DNA from: a virus
IMG/VR virus record: IMGVR_UViG_3300043607_000027
Coordinates: 1-41,083 of that record
Reading direction: 5' to 3' (one strand)
Length of the DNA stretch: 41,083 nt
A program made the translations under genes and the position numbers. The notes under the pieces are model-generated. The model did no database searches. It saw nothing but the letters and a program-made list of their open reading frames with translations, and was not told where the DNA came from. Within the stretch, counting starts at the first letter, position 1. Every line of letters begins with the position of its first letter. Of the stretch, positions 8,380 through 17,806 are shown one piece after another.

Positions 8380-9438
8380 ATGGCGGATAGTTATACTACC
8401 AATCTGGCACTAACAAAACCAGAAATTGGCGCCTCGCGAGATACGTGGGGGACCAAGGTCAACGCCAATATGGATACACTGGACCAGTTCGTCTCCCGGT
8501 TCTGCGTGGTTGGTATGATCGCCGATTTCGCCGGCCCCACCGCGCCATCAGGCTGGCTCATTTGCGATGGTCGAACCGTTTCGAGAACGACATATAGTAA
8601 ACTGTTCGCCGTGATTGGCGGATACTGGGGGGCCGGGGACGGTTCCACGACGTTCAATCTGCCGAACATGAACGGCCGTGCCGCTGTTGGCCCTGGCTCC
8701 ATGACTGATCAGGGTGGAAATGTCGTGGCGTTCGGCTTCGCCACGGCGTTCGGCTACGTCTACAACACGATCCAGCAGGCGAATCTGCCCAACTACACGC
8801 TGACGACCAACGCGCAAGGCGCGCACGCGCACGGAGAGACGACGTTCCTGGCGGGCGGGCACGGACATTCAAACTTCAACGCGGGATACCATAGCCATCC
8901 TGGTTCTTTCGCCGACGACCACGCGCATACCGGCGCCACCGACGTGCAGGGGTCGCATAACCACACCGTGCATCTGCCTGGCCAGGGCGTGGGCACGTCG
9001 GGTGGTTCTTTCAATGTCATGTCGGATTTCTTTGGCGCCGGCGACTACGGGACAAGCACGAACGGGGCGCATAACCACAACTATAACACCAACTTGTCGG
9101 GGCCGTTACACCTGGGTATCGTCGGTGACGGCGACCACACCCATACCATCACGACGGTTCCCGACCATACGCACACGATCCCTTATGACGGCACGCACAC
9201 GCATACCGTGACACTCGGCGGCGGCGGGACGGCACTCACGGTTCTGTCCCCGATCGCGGTCGTCACGAAGATCATCTACGCCGGCGCCGAAGCCGCTATC
9301 GTCACCGCCGCCGATATCCCCGCCACCCCGGCGGGCTCCGAGATCGAGGCGCTGCGCGAAGAGATCGCGGCGCTGCGGGCCTTGTTCGAGACGCCACGCG
9401 CCAGGATGCTGTCGGCGCCCTCTCGCGGCCCGCACTAA
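8380..9438 (+). CDS. tail fibre with phage tail-collar domain and His-x-His repeat shaft
   Basis: 352 aa with AGGAGA upstream. Collar motif: [56 protein letters not shown]. Nine HxH triplets lie between aa 149 and 275. The C-terminal segment is coiled-coil-like. Confidence 0.85.
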   Translation: MADSYTTNLALTKPEIGASRDTWGTKVNANMDTLDQFVSRFCVVGMIADFAGPTAPSGWLICDGRTVSRTTYSKLFAVIGGYWGAGDGSTTFNLPNMNGRAAVGPGSMTDQGGNVVAFGFATAFGYVYNTIQQANLPNYTLTTNAQGAHAHGETTFLAGGHGHSNFNAGYHSHPGSFADDHAHTGATDVQGSHNHTVHLPGQGVGTSGGSFNVMSDFFGAGDYGTSTNGAHNHNYNTNLSGPLHLGIVGDGDHTHTITTVPDHTHTIPYDGTHTHTVTLGGGGTALTVLSPIAVVTKIIYAGAEAAIVTAADIPATPAGSEIEALREEIAALRALFETPRARMLSAPSRGPH

Positions 9439-10986
9439 ATGCCCCGCGTCGCCCAGGCCCCTCCGCCGGGGATTTTTAGGAACGCGACGCCCGAGGCGAC
9501 GCCGGGCAGGTGGTATGATTCCAACATGGTCCGCTTCCGGGGCGGGCAGTTGCAGCCGATCGGCGGCAATGTCTGGTTGACGGGGTCCGCCGCCAATGAG
9601 CCGATCAGGGATATCCTGACGTGGCATGATAACGCGGGTGTGCGCTGGGCGGCGTTCGGCACCGATATCTGGCTTTACGCCTATCGGTTCGATACCCAGG
9701 CCATTTTCAACATCACCCCAGCGGGTGTCGGCCCGCTCGATCCCCCCGGCGCGCTCGATGGCTATGGGCTCGGCGACTACGGCGAGGAGACCTACGGCAC
9801 GGCGCGCGACCCCGGCGACATCGGCCCCCAGGACATAGCGGCGACGATGGGTGACAGATGGTCGATGGATACCTTCGGCCAGGATCTGCTCGTCGTGCCG
9901 ACCCAGGACGGACACCTGTATCGCTGGACGCCGGTGACGCCAACGGTATTGCCCGTTATCGTGGCGGGCGCGCCCGACCAGAATCGCGGTGTGATCGTTA
10001 CCGACCAGCGCCATGTGGTGCTGCTCGCCGCCGGTGGCGATCCACGCAAGATCGCCTGGAGCGATCAGGAGAACCCCAACGTCTGGCTGGCTGACGTGAC
10101 CAATCTGGCCGGTGACAAGATGCTGGTCACCCAGTCCTACGCGATGACGGCGGTGAAGGTCTCCGATGGTATTCTGATCTTCACCGCGAATGACGCGCAC
10201 AAGATGGTCTACGTCGGCGCGCCTTACGCTTACGGCATCAGCCAGATCGCCACCGGCTGCGGGCCACTCTCGCCAAGGGCCGTGGTCGGTATCGGCTCGT
10301 TTTACGCCTGGCCGGGCGTGCAGACCTTCTGGTCCTATCAGGGCAACGTGCAGCCGCTGCCGTGCCCGGTGCAGGACTGGTTCTACTCCCTGGTCAATCG
10401 ATCCATGGTCGGCCGCGTTTTTGGTAGTCCCAACCCGGCTTTTTCTGAGTTGTGGTGGGACTGGCCGGATGAGGGATCACTGGAAACCAATCGCTACCTC
10501 GCGCTCAATTTCGCTGATCCGGCGCATCCATGGATCATCGGCGTGCGTGCGCGCACGGCGGCCGATCCGTCGGGGACGATGGACTATCCAATCCTGGCCG
10601 GGGCGCTGGGAGATGAGTATCACAGTCTCTATCTTCACGAATGGGGATGGCTGGACAACGGTGTGCCGCGCGCTCCTTACGGCCTGATCTACGCCGAGAG
10701 TGGCGACATCGTCGCCGGCGAGGGCGACAAACGCCTGCACGTTACTCAACTCGTCTTCGACGCCGATGGCCCGCCGGATGTCCTGGGTTATCGTTTCTTC
10801 CCGCGCGAGCAGCCGCACGATGCCGCGTCCGAGTATGACACCGGTCTTTATACGGTCGTCCACGGGGGGCTCATGGACATGCGTTTCTCCGGCCGCTCCA
10901 TCCGCATGAGGATGGAAGCGACAGCGGACGGCCCCTGGGCCGTTGGCCGCCCGAGGCTGGAAGCGAAAGGCGGTGGCCGCCGATGA
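9439..10986 (+). CDS. putative tail tubular/nozzle-like beta-propeller virion protein
   Basis: 515 aa with a W/G/D-rich repetitive beta-strand-like pattern. It lies between the fibres and the internal virion proteins. Assignment rests on position and size only. Confidence 0.4.
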   Translation: MPRVAQAPPPGIFRNATPEATPGRWYDSNMVRFRGGQLQPIGGNVWLTGSAANEPIRDILTWHDNAGVRWAAFGTDIWLYAYRFDTQAIFNITPAGVGPLDPPGALDGYGLGDYGEETYGTARDPGDIGPQDIAATMGDRWSMDTFGQDLLVVPTQDGHLYRWTPVTPTVLPVIVAGAPDQNRGVIVTDQRHVVLLAAGGDPRKIAWSDQENPNVWLADVTNLAGDKMLVTQSYAMTAVKVSDGILIFTANDAHKMVYVGAPYAYGISQIATGCGPLSPRAVVGIGSFYAWPGVQTFWSYQGNVQPLPCPVQDWFYSLVNRSMVGRVFGSPNPAFSELWWDWPDEGSLETNRYLALNFADPAHPWIIGVRARTAADPSGTMDYPILAGALGDEYHSLYLHEWGWLDNGVPRAPYGLIYAESGDIVAGEGDKRLHVTQLVFDADGPPDVLGYRFFPREQPHDAASEYDTGLYTVVHGGLMDMRFSGRSIRMRMEATADGPWAVGRPRLEAKGGGRR

Positions 10987-11213
10987 GTATCCGTCCCGTC
11001 TCCCGCCCGCCCGCGCCGTTCACCGTTCCCGAGGGAGGTGATCTCGACCAGCGGCTGGCGGCGATCGCCACCGAACTGAACAGAAAAGCCAACGCCGGAC
11101 TGGCGGGTCCCGCCTACGCCTTCGTGGGGCTTATTGCTCCAGATGGCTCGACTTATCGTTTAACGGTAGATGATGCCGGTGTTTTACATACGGAGCAGGT
11201 GCCCCGCTCATGA
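10983..11213 (+). CDS. hypothetical small protein (paralog-like to 11210..11398)
   Basis: 76 aa with an ATGA overlap. C-terminal motif APDGSTYRLTVDDAGVL. Confidence 0.6.
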   Translation: MSIRPVSRPPAPFTVPEGGDLDQRLAAIATELNRKANAGLAGPAYAFVGLIAPDGSTYRLTVDDAGVLHTEQVPRS

Positions 11214-11398
11214 CCTTACCAAAACGATCCACGCCGGAATCCTTCTCTCTCACTCCGCCCCCGGTGGTGGCCCCTCCTCCGCCCCCAGACCCCATTCCGA
11301 CCTTCGACGCGGTTAACATCCGCGCCAGCGACGGCAGCGTCTGGCGCATCCGGGTGACGCCGATGGGGTCGATGCTGCTGGATCGTATCGTTACCTGA
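11210..11398 (+). CDS. hypothetical small protein (paralog-like to 10983..11213)
   Basis: 62 aa with an ATGA overlap. C-terminal motif ASDGSVWRIRVTPMGSM, and a proline run PPPVVAPPPPPDP. Confidence 0.55.
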   Translation: MTLPKRSTPESFSLTPPPVVAPPPPPDPIPTFDAVNIRASDGSVWRIRVTPMGSMLLDRIVT

Positions 11399-11770
11399 AT
11401 GTTATCGAGCGAAGAGAAACGCGCGCGACTACAAAAGGCCCTCGATTACGGGGGTAATACCCACGACCTCGCCGACGTGATCGACCTCGTGCGTAAAGGT
11501 GAAGCCCAGTTCTGGGAAAACGGTGACGGGTCTATCGTCACGGAGATTTATCAATACCCACGCCTGAAGGCCATTTCCTTCTGGTTGATGAGCGGAACGA
11601 TCCCCGACTGCATGGCGCTGGAGGACGACATCCTCGCCTGGGCCAAGACTGAAGGCTGCACCATGGCGATATCCACCGGGCGTAAAGGATGGCTGTATCA
11701 CGCCCGCAAGACCGGCTGGCGAGCGCGTCCGCACATGTTCCCGGTCTATAAAGATCTGGCGGAGGACTGA
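11399..11770 (+). CDS. hypothetical protein
   Basis: 123 aa. ATG directly follows the upstream TGA. Globular-looking composition. No family recognised. Confidence 0.7.
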   Translation: MLSSEEKRARLQKALDYGGNTHDLADVIDLVRKGEAQFWENGDGSIVTEIYQYPRLKAISFWLMSGTIPDCMALEDDILAWAKTEGCTMAISTGRKGWLYHARKTGWRARPHMFPVYKDLAED

Positions 11771-11773
11771 GAA

Positions 11774-12937
11774 ATGTCGAAGTCGAAGCCACAGACCACA
11801 TCAGCCACCACCGATACCTCACAACACATTCCCGACTGGCTGGCGGCCACCGGCCAGAGCGCCGTCGAGCGCGCCAATGATCTCTCGCAACGGCCTTACA
11901 CCCCTTACACGGGCGAGATGGTCGCGCCGCGATCGGCGGACACGCTCCAGTCGTATCAGCAGGTGCGCGACCTCCAGGGCCAGGGCGCACCCGCCTTCGG
12001 ACAATCGCTCGACGCCTACGGCCGCCTCGTCGGAAGCGCCGCGCCGATCACCGCCGGGGGCGTCAACGACAACGCCAATGCCCTCTACGGCAACTTCAAC
12101 CAGAACGTGATGAACCCGGCCCAGGGCCTGCTGGGCGGCTATCTCAATGGCGGTCCCGCCACCGCCGCCCAGGTCGGTCAGAACGCCGCCACCCTGATGT
12201 CGCCCTACGCCCAGAACGTCATCGACCCGACGCTGGCCGCTGGTGAGCAGGCGCGCGAGATCGCGCGCCAGAAGGTCGCGGGCAACGCCGCCAACGTCGG
12301 CGCCTTCGGCGGCTCCCGCCAGGGCGTGGCCGAGGGTGTCTCCGACGCCCAGACGCTACTCGGGACGCAGCAGCAGATCGGTCAGATGTTGAACACCGGC
12401 TGGGGTCAGGCGCTGAACTCCGGCACCCAGTTGGGCCTCCAGGCGGGCCAGCAGGGCTACGGCGCGGCCACCGGTCTCGCCAACCTTGGCGCGCAAGGTT
12501 ACGCCAACGCGGCCCAGGCCGGGCAGGGTATCGCCAACACCAACCTGAACGCGGGCCTCCAGGCCGCCGCCGGGCTGCCCAACGTCGCCGGGCTACAGCA
12601 AGGCTACGGCCAGAAAGACGCCTCCTTGCTGCAGACCGTTGGTTCGGCGGAACAGGCTTATCAGCAACAACTCGATAACGCGCGCTATGGCCAGTTCATG
12701 GATCAGCAGAACTACCCAATCCAGAACATCGACCTGTTGCTCGGCGCGGTTGGCGGCGTGCCGTATTCGACGCAGGGTCAGGGCTACAACACGCAGCAGC
12801 AGACCCTGAACAAGAACGTGGCCGCCGGGGCTCTCGGCGGGGCCGCCTCGGGCGCGGCCGCCGGGACCGCCATCCTGCCGGGGTGGGGCACGGCGATCGG
12901 CGCGGTCGGTGGCGGCATTCTGGGAGCACTCGGCTGA
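11774..12937 (+). CDS. internal virion / ejection protein (Gly/Gln/Ala-rich, C-terminal glycine-zipper TM)
   Basis: 387 aa with long Q/G/A/N-rich repeats. The C-terminus AAGALGGAASGAAAGTAILPGWGTAIGAVGGGILGALG looks membrane-inserting. Position is typical of podovirus core proteins. Confidence 0.6.
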   Translation: MSKSKPQTTSATTDTSQHIPDWLAATGQSAVERANDLSQRPYTPYTGEMVAPRSADTLQSYQQVRDLQGQGAPAFGQSLDAYGRLVGSAAPITAGGVNDNANALYGNFNQNVMNPAQGLLGGYLNGGPATAAQVGQNAATLMSPYAQNVIDPTLAAGEQAREIARQKVAGNAANVGAFGGSRQGVAEGVSDAQTLLGTQQQIGQMLNTGWGQALNSGTQLGLQAGQQGYGAATGLANLGAQGYANAAQAGQGIANTNLNAGLQAAAGLPNVAGLQQGYGQKDASLLQTVGSAEQAYQQQLDNARYGQFMDQQNYPIQNIDLLLGAVGGVPYSTQGQGYNTQQQTLNKNVAAGALGGAASGAAAGTAILPGWGTAIGAVGGGILGALG

Positions 12938-13356
12938 TGGCTGACTACATCCCCTACACCGACCCCGATCTGTCCCTCAACTCCGGTGTTGGCGCGCTCG
13001 CGCCTGGGTCGCTTAACAACAGCAACTGGGGCATGTCTTCCGTCTCGGGGTTCTACCCGGCCTACGCGGGCGGCACCGACACCACCAGCACGGCCTCCGG
13101 CGCGGATCTAACCAAGGCGCTGCAAGGTCTGAGCAAATTCGCGGACGGTCAAAAGCAGAACAGCGACAAGGGCCTCCCCGGCGCCGCCATGCCGCAGATC
13201 GCGCCAGCCGGTTCGCCCATGCGGCGGGTGGCGATCGACCAGCTGGCGCAGTTGTTGAACAAACGGCGCGACGATCTCCTCGCCGGCGCGATGAAGCCGG
13301 GCGGACAGGTGGAGCCGTACAGCGTTCCACATTCCCTTGGGCTCCTCGGTTTCTAA
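12937..13356 (+). CDS. hypothetical virion-module protein
   Basis: 139 aa from ATG 12937, which overlaps the upstream TGA by 1 nt. The track start 12883 adds an Arg-rich overlap. Confidence 0.6.
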   Translation: MADYIPYTDPDLSLNSGVGALAPGSLNNSNWGMSSVSGFYPAYAGGTDTTSTASGADLTKALQGLSKFADGQKQNSDKGLPGAAMPQIAPAGSPMRRVAIDQLAQLLNKRRDDLLAGAMKPGGQVEPYSVPHSLGLLGF

Positions 13357-13367
13357 GGTGTAATGAA

Positions 13368-15629
13368 ATGGCTGAAGAAACCACATCCACCGCGTCCGAC
13401 CAGCAACTCTCCCAGATCATCAACCAACTGCTGGCGGACAGGACGGCGCAACCCGCCGTTGATCCCAACACCGGCCCCTCCTCGCGCGAGGGGCGCACCA
13501 TCCTGTCGCTCCTCGGCGAGGGCCTCGGCGGTGGGGCCCAGTATGGATCGGCCACCGACCGTGAGCAGGGTGGCCTGTCCGCCCTCGGCGCGCTGGGTTC
13601 ACGGATGCTTCAGGCGTCCGACTGGTCCGTCATGCCGCACACTTTCGGGTCGATCCTCGGCCAGGGACTGGACGCCGCGCGCGGCAATCTCGGCCACACC
13701 CAGGCGGTCTCGGCGGCACAGCATTACGCGGCGCGACAACTGGCGCATGAGCAGCAACAGGATCAGATCGCGCGGCTGAAAGAGGCGCTGCCGTATCTGC
13801 AACTGCAAGAGCAACAGCGCGCGGCGGTGCGGGCGCGGGAACTGCTGAAGCCAGAAAGCAATACCGATATCGGAAAGGCCGGAACAACCACGACGAGCGA
13901 CGCCCTGCCCGCGACGCCTGAACTGGCCCCCGTCGTGGCCCCTGGCGGCGCGAAGTTTCAGGTCGCGGCCACGGTGGCCGAGAAGTTTCAGGGTCTGGTC
14001 AACGACCTGGAAGCGAACGGCTACAAGCTCGATCCGGCCACATCGGGAGGCTACAACAAGCGTTACATCGCCGGGACGCACACGCCTTCCAACCATGCGT
14101 TCGGCACCGCGATCGACATCAACTGGGCGAAGAACCCGCAAGGCGGGAGCGCCTCCGACCTCCCGCCGGATCTGGCGCGTAAACTGGCCGCCAAACACGG
14201 CCTGGTCTGGGGCGGTGACTGGTCGGGCAAGACGCGCGATCCGATGCACTTCGAGGTGCCGCGACAGCGCGCCGACGCCGCGCCGGAAGACGGCACCGTC
14301 CAGGCGGTCGGCGGTGATGTCGTGCCAACCGGAACCGTCATCCCACCCTCGCCACCCGGCAGCGACGCCGATGTCGCCGACATCAAAGCCGGCATGGTCG
14401 GGGCCGGCGCCGATCCCGACACGCTGGCGCCGGGGCCAGGATCATCCCCGATGGCGCGACCGGGAGCAGTCGTCACCGCCCAGGCGGGCGGGCAACCGCC
14501 TCCCGCTACACAGTTGCCGCCCATCAAGGCCGGCGACGGTCTCATCACGCACCCCGGTACCTACTCCGAGTATCGCGCGCGGGAGTTCGTCCCGCCGCCC
14601 GCGACCGAGGATTTCAACCCTGGCCTGACGCCGCAACAGCAGGGGGCGTTCGCCAATGAACGCAAAGCTCTCGATCAAAGAGCCCTCGTGGAGTCGGCCA
14701 AGACCAATCCCGATCTGAAAGTGGTCGCGGATATCAGGGCCGGACGTGAAGAATTGAAAGCCAAGATCCAGATGGCGGCGCAGGAGAAGGCCCAGAAAGC
14801 CGCGCTCGCGGTCACGAAATACAATGAGACCCAGGACAACGCGATCCGCCCGCGTTACGAGAAAGAGGTCGATGCCTACAAGGCGGCGGCGCAGGCCAAC
14901 CTGACGCACTCTCAGACCATGGAACAGAAAGATAAAGAGGGTGAGATCAGCCGCCTCAACACCCGAGAGGGGTCGTTCGTTGAGAGCAATAAGATAGTTC
15001 GGGACATGATCGGCAAAGATGCCGTGGCGGCCTCGGGCCAGGTGCAGAGTCTGGAAGGGTTGCAGGCCCTGTCCGATAACGTCGGCGACAAGAACGCCAC
15101 GCTGCAAAGCCTCGCCAATGTCAAGGTTGGCGGCACGACGCTGCTTAACCACCTGGCGAGCTTCGGTATCGTCCCCAAGGGTGACGCGGGTCCGATCCAG
15201 ATGCTGCAGAGCGGGATCTCTGGCGCGATCACGCAGTTGCGGGCGGGCGTACAGATGGGCGCTTTGTCCGATCGCGATCTGAGCTTCATCGAGAGCCAGG
15301 GGCCTTCTCTTTACGAGGACCAGGGCACGCGCACCGCCGTTATCAGATACCTACAACAGGCGGCGAAGGCCAAGATGCGGTTCAACACGATCTACCAGGA
15401 GCAGATGGCACGGCCCAACATGGATTCAGGCACGGCGCTGGAGAAGACGCGCGAGATCATGGACGCGAAGCATCCGATCGTGCCGCAAATGACGCCGGAA
15501 GTCGCCGCCGTCTGGAACGAACAGACACCGGAAGCGAAAGCCGCGCGGGCCAAATGGGCGAGAGAGAACAGTGTGAAACAGAATATGCTTGTCCGCCAGC
15601 CTGATGGCTCCCTGATGCTGTTGAAATAG
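13368..15629 (+). CDS. internal virion protein with embedded LAS/M15-type peptidoglycan peptidase domain
   Basis: 753 aa. Residues ~193-297 read ..TPSNHAFGTAIDINW..GLVWGGDW..RDPMHFEV, giving the H-x-D ... H zinc ligands of VanY/M15-like peptidases. The rest is long and helical/low-complexity. Confidence 0.8.
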   Translation: MAEETTSTASDQQLSQIINQLLADRTAQPAVDPNTGPSSREGRTILSLLGEGLGGGAQYGSATDREQGGLSALGALGSRMLQASDWSVMPHTFGSILGQGLDAARGNLGHTQAVSAAQHYAARQLAHEQQQDQIARLKEALPYLQLQEQQRAAVRARELLKPESNTDIGKAGTTTTSDALPATPELAPVVAPGGAKFQVAATVAEKFQGLVNDLEANGYKLDPATSGGYNKRYIAGTHTPSNHAFGTAIDINWAKNPQGGSASDLPPDLARKLAAKHGLVWGGDWSGKTRDPMHFEVPRQRADAAPEDGTVQAVGGDVVPTGTVIPPSPPGSDADVADIKAGMVGAGADPDTLAPGPGSSPMARPGAVVTAQAGGQPPPATQLPPIKAGDGLITHPGTYSEYRAREFVPPPATEDFNPGLTPQQQGAFANERKALDQRALVESAKTNPDLKVVADIRAGREELKAKIQMAAQEKAQKAALAVTKYNETQDNAIRPRYEKEVDAYKAAAQANLTHSQTMEQKDKEGEISRLNTREGSFVESNKIVRDMIGKDAVAASGQVQSLEGLQALSDNVGDKNATLQSLANVKVGGTTLLNHLASFGIVPKGDAGPIQMLQSGISGAITQLRAGVQMGALSDRDLSFIESQGPSLYEDQGTRTAVIRYLQQAAKAKMRFNTIYQEQMARPNMDSGTALEKTREIMDAKHPIVPQMTPEVAAVWNEQTPEAKAARAKWARENSVKQNMLVRQPDGSLMLLK

Positions 15630-15639
15630 GAAAACGCGA

Positions 15640-17598
15640 ATGGCGGACGACTGGGATCCCGGCGCGAACGCCACACCGTTCGGCCCGCAAGGCGGAGCCT
15701 CCGCTCCGGCGGCGGAGGAGTATGACCCAGGAGCGGTCGCCAGTCCGTTGAAGACGGCTTACCAGAACGGCGCTCCCGTGGCCTCGTTCGGGCGTAATCT
15801 CGGCCTGGGAACCCGCGACGTAATCGAGGGTGGACTGAGCCTGCCCATGACCGCGCTCGATATCGGTACTTATCTCGGGCGCGGCCCAATCCGCGCGGCC
15901 GGGGGCACCGCCACCGCGCCATCGGACATGCTGCACAACGCACTGACTTATATCGGCCTGCCGGAGGCGACGGCACCAGGAGAGAAACTCCGCTCCGAGG
16001 TCGCACGCGGCGGCGCCGGTATGATCGGGCCGCAGATCGCGGGCGCCATTCCGCGCATCGCGGCGGCGGTCCCTTCCATGGTCCGATCCGCGTTCGCTCC
16101 GGCGCCCACTTCACTTCCGCTCGCCGCCACCCAGGTCGCCGCCGGGGCGGCCGGCGGAGGCGCGGGCGAGGTCGCGGCGGAAGTGGCACCTGAATCACTG
16201 AAGCCAGCGGCGCGACTGGCGGGCAATATCGTCGGCGCGGGAGGGGTCACCGCCTTGTCGGACGCGGGAGGCAAGCTGCTGAACGCGATACGCGGTCTGC
16301 GGACGCCGATCGCGGACGCCTATGAGCAGCTGCGGATCTTCCCGCGCACGGCGGGGGCCGTCACCGAAAACCCAACCACGCGCTCCCTGGAAGCCGGGGC
16401 GACCAAGATGCCGTTCGCGATCGACCGGCTGCAGCCGGCGCAACGCGACACCTCCAACCAGTTCCACAACGCGGTTGAGGACACCGCGAGGATGCTGGGC
16501 GGCGAGCGAACCGCGCAGGAGGCGGGCGGCAGCGTGCAGCAGATCCTTCAGGACTGGCATGGCAACACGTTCCCACGCTCGCAGGACGCGGTCTGGAACC
16601 CGCTCAATCAACGCCTGGCTGGCGCCTCCGTCGATCCCAACGGCTATCGCAGGGCACTGGAACGCCTCGCCAACCCGCCTGAACTGGGAGGGATGAACGA
16701 GACGCAGCGGCTGGCGGGGTCGGCGTTCGCCAGGGAGCGGCTCGCCGCGCTGAACGCGGACCTGCCGCCGGGATCGTCCATGACCTGGGGGCAGGCGCAG
16801 GCGATCCGCCGCCAGATCGGCGCCGACATGGGAACCCCCGACATCATCAACAGCGTGGGCACGGCCCGTCTGCGTTCACTCTACGCCAGCCTCGCTGGGG
16901 ACATCGAGAACACCGCCCACGCGCACGGCCAGGGGCGGCTGTTCAGGGAAGCCAACCAGACCACGATCGACGCGCACAACTTCATCGACAACACCCTGGT
17001 CAAAGCGATCAAGGCGCGTAATCCGGGACAGGAATCGGTCGCCCCCGACGCGGCGGCCCGCGCGCTGCTGGAGAGCAACAGCGCGATGCAGGAGCTGCGC
17101 GCCCGTGTGCCCCAGGCGGCTGATGCCCTGGCGGCGTATCAGCTACGCAAAGCCGTGCTCGCCAAGGCGGGCCAGCAAGGCGGCACCGATGTGCCATCGG
17201 CGGGCACGTTCCTGACCACGATGCGCCAGCAGCAAATAGATAAGCCAGAGGGAACGGCGGCGCTCTACAGCGATCCGGAGGTGGCGCGGAATCTCCGCGC
17301 GCTGTTGATGGTTGCCGGCAACGTCAGAGAGACTGAACGGCTGATGAACACGTCCAACACCTCCAGCGCGTCACAGGCGTTGCAGGTCCTCTCCGCTCCC
17401 GCGCGATGGGCCGCCGGAGGATATTATGGAGGACCGGTCGGGTTGGCGGCCTCGGTCGGCGCCGACGTCACGCCCTACGCCGGCGCGCGGGCGCTGACAT
17501 CGAGGCCGGGTATAAGATGGGCGGGAACACCAGCGGGGCCAAGATTACCTCTCGACCCCAAAGTGGCGGGTTTGTTGGGCTATCTCGCCAATCAGTGA
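15640..17598 (+). CDS. large internal virion / ejection protein
   Basis: 652 aa, Ala/Gly-rich and helical-looking. It is the last gene of the plus-strand structural block. Assignment is positional. Confidence 0.55.
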   Translation: MADDWDPGANATPFGPQGGASAPAAEEYDPGAVASPLKTAYQNGAPVASFGRNLGLGTRDVIEGGLSLPMTALDIGTYLGRGPIRAAGGTATAPSDMLHNALTYIGLPEATAPGEKLRSEVARGGAGMIGPQIAGAIPRIAAAVPSMVRSAFAPAPTSLPLAATQVAAGAAGGGAGEVAAEVAPESLKPAARLAGNIVGAGGVTALSDAGGKLLNAIRGLRTPIADAYEQLRIFPRTAGAVTENPTTRSLEAGATKMPFAIDRLQPAQRDTSNQFHNAVEDTARMLGGERTAQEAGGSVQQILQDWHGNTFPRSQDAVWNPLNQRLAGASVDPNGYRRALERLANPPELGGMNETQRLAGSAFARERLAALNADLPPGSSMTWGQAQAIRRQIGADMGTPDIINSVGTARLRSLYASLAGDIENTAHAHGQGRLFREANQTTIDAHNFIDNTLVKAIKARNPGQESVAPDAAARALLESNSAMQELRARVPQAADALAAYQLRKAVLAKAGQQGGTDVPSAGTFLTTMRQQQIDKPEGTAALYSDPEVARNLRALLMVAGNVRETERLMNTSNTSSASQALQVLSAPARWAAGGYYGGPVGLAASVGADVTPYAGARALTSRPGIRWAGTPAGPRLPLDPKVAGLLGYLANQ

Positions 17599-17669
17599 CC
17601 TGAGTGGGACAGGAAAAGAAACGTAATAAAGAGGCCACCCGCGAAGCCGAGAATGAGATCGATGATCAT
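17592..17669 (-). CDS. 25-aa hydrophobic micro-ORF (MIIDLILGFAGGLFITFLFLSHSGH)
   Basis: ATGA overlap with the upstream 46-aa ORF. One predicted TM-length hydrophobic stretch. Below the ORF-track cutoff. Confidence 0.35.
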   Translation of the reverse strand: MIIDLILGFAGGLFITFLFLSHSGH

Positions 17670-17806
17670 AACGTCGCCACCACCCACAGGAACACACCGA
17701 CCACGGCGGCCACGGCGGTGGCGTCGGTGGCCCAGCCCCAGGCGCCGCTCCAGAGCCGGGAGCGGCTCCGTCTGAAGTGCCAGTGCCAGGCGAGGGAATG
17801 GTTCAT
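17666..17806 (-). CDS. 46-aa Trp-rich membrane micro-protein
   Basis: MNHSLAWHWHFRRSRSRLWSGAWGWATDATAVAAVVGVFLWVVATL. ATGA overlaps at both ends. Below the ORF-track cutoff. Confidence 0.4.
   Translation of the reverse strand: MNHSLAWHWHFRRSRSRLWSGAWGWATDATAVAAVVGVFLWVVATL

Noticed and set aside
8049-8390. Alternative 113-aa frame overlapping 8056..8370.
   Set aside because: The translation is Arg/Asp/Gly-rich and it runs into the next gene's start. The 8056 frame has correct SD spacing and ordinary composition.
9106-10200. Long antisense or off-frame ORFs throughout the track. Examples: 9106..10200(-) 364 aa, 29386..30687(-) 433 aa, 26594..27667(-) 357 aa, 36472..37884(+) 470 aa, 4055..4975(-), 1345..2046(-).
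   Set aside because: They are Arg/Pro/Gly/Ala-dominated translations typical of non-coding frames in high-GC DNA. They lie entirely inside well-supported genes with recognisable motifs. They show no SD or overlap logic.
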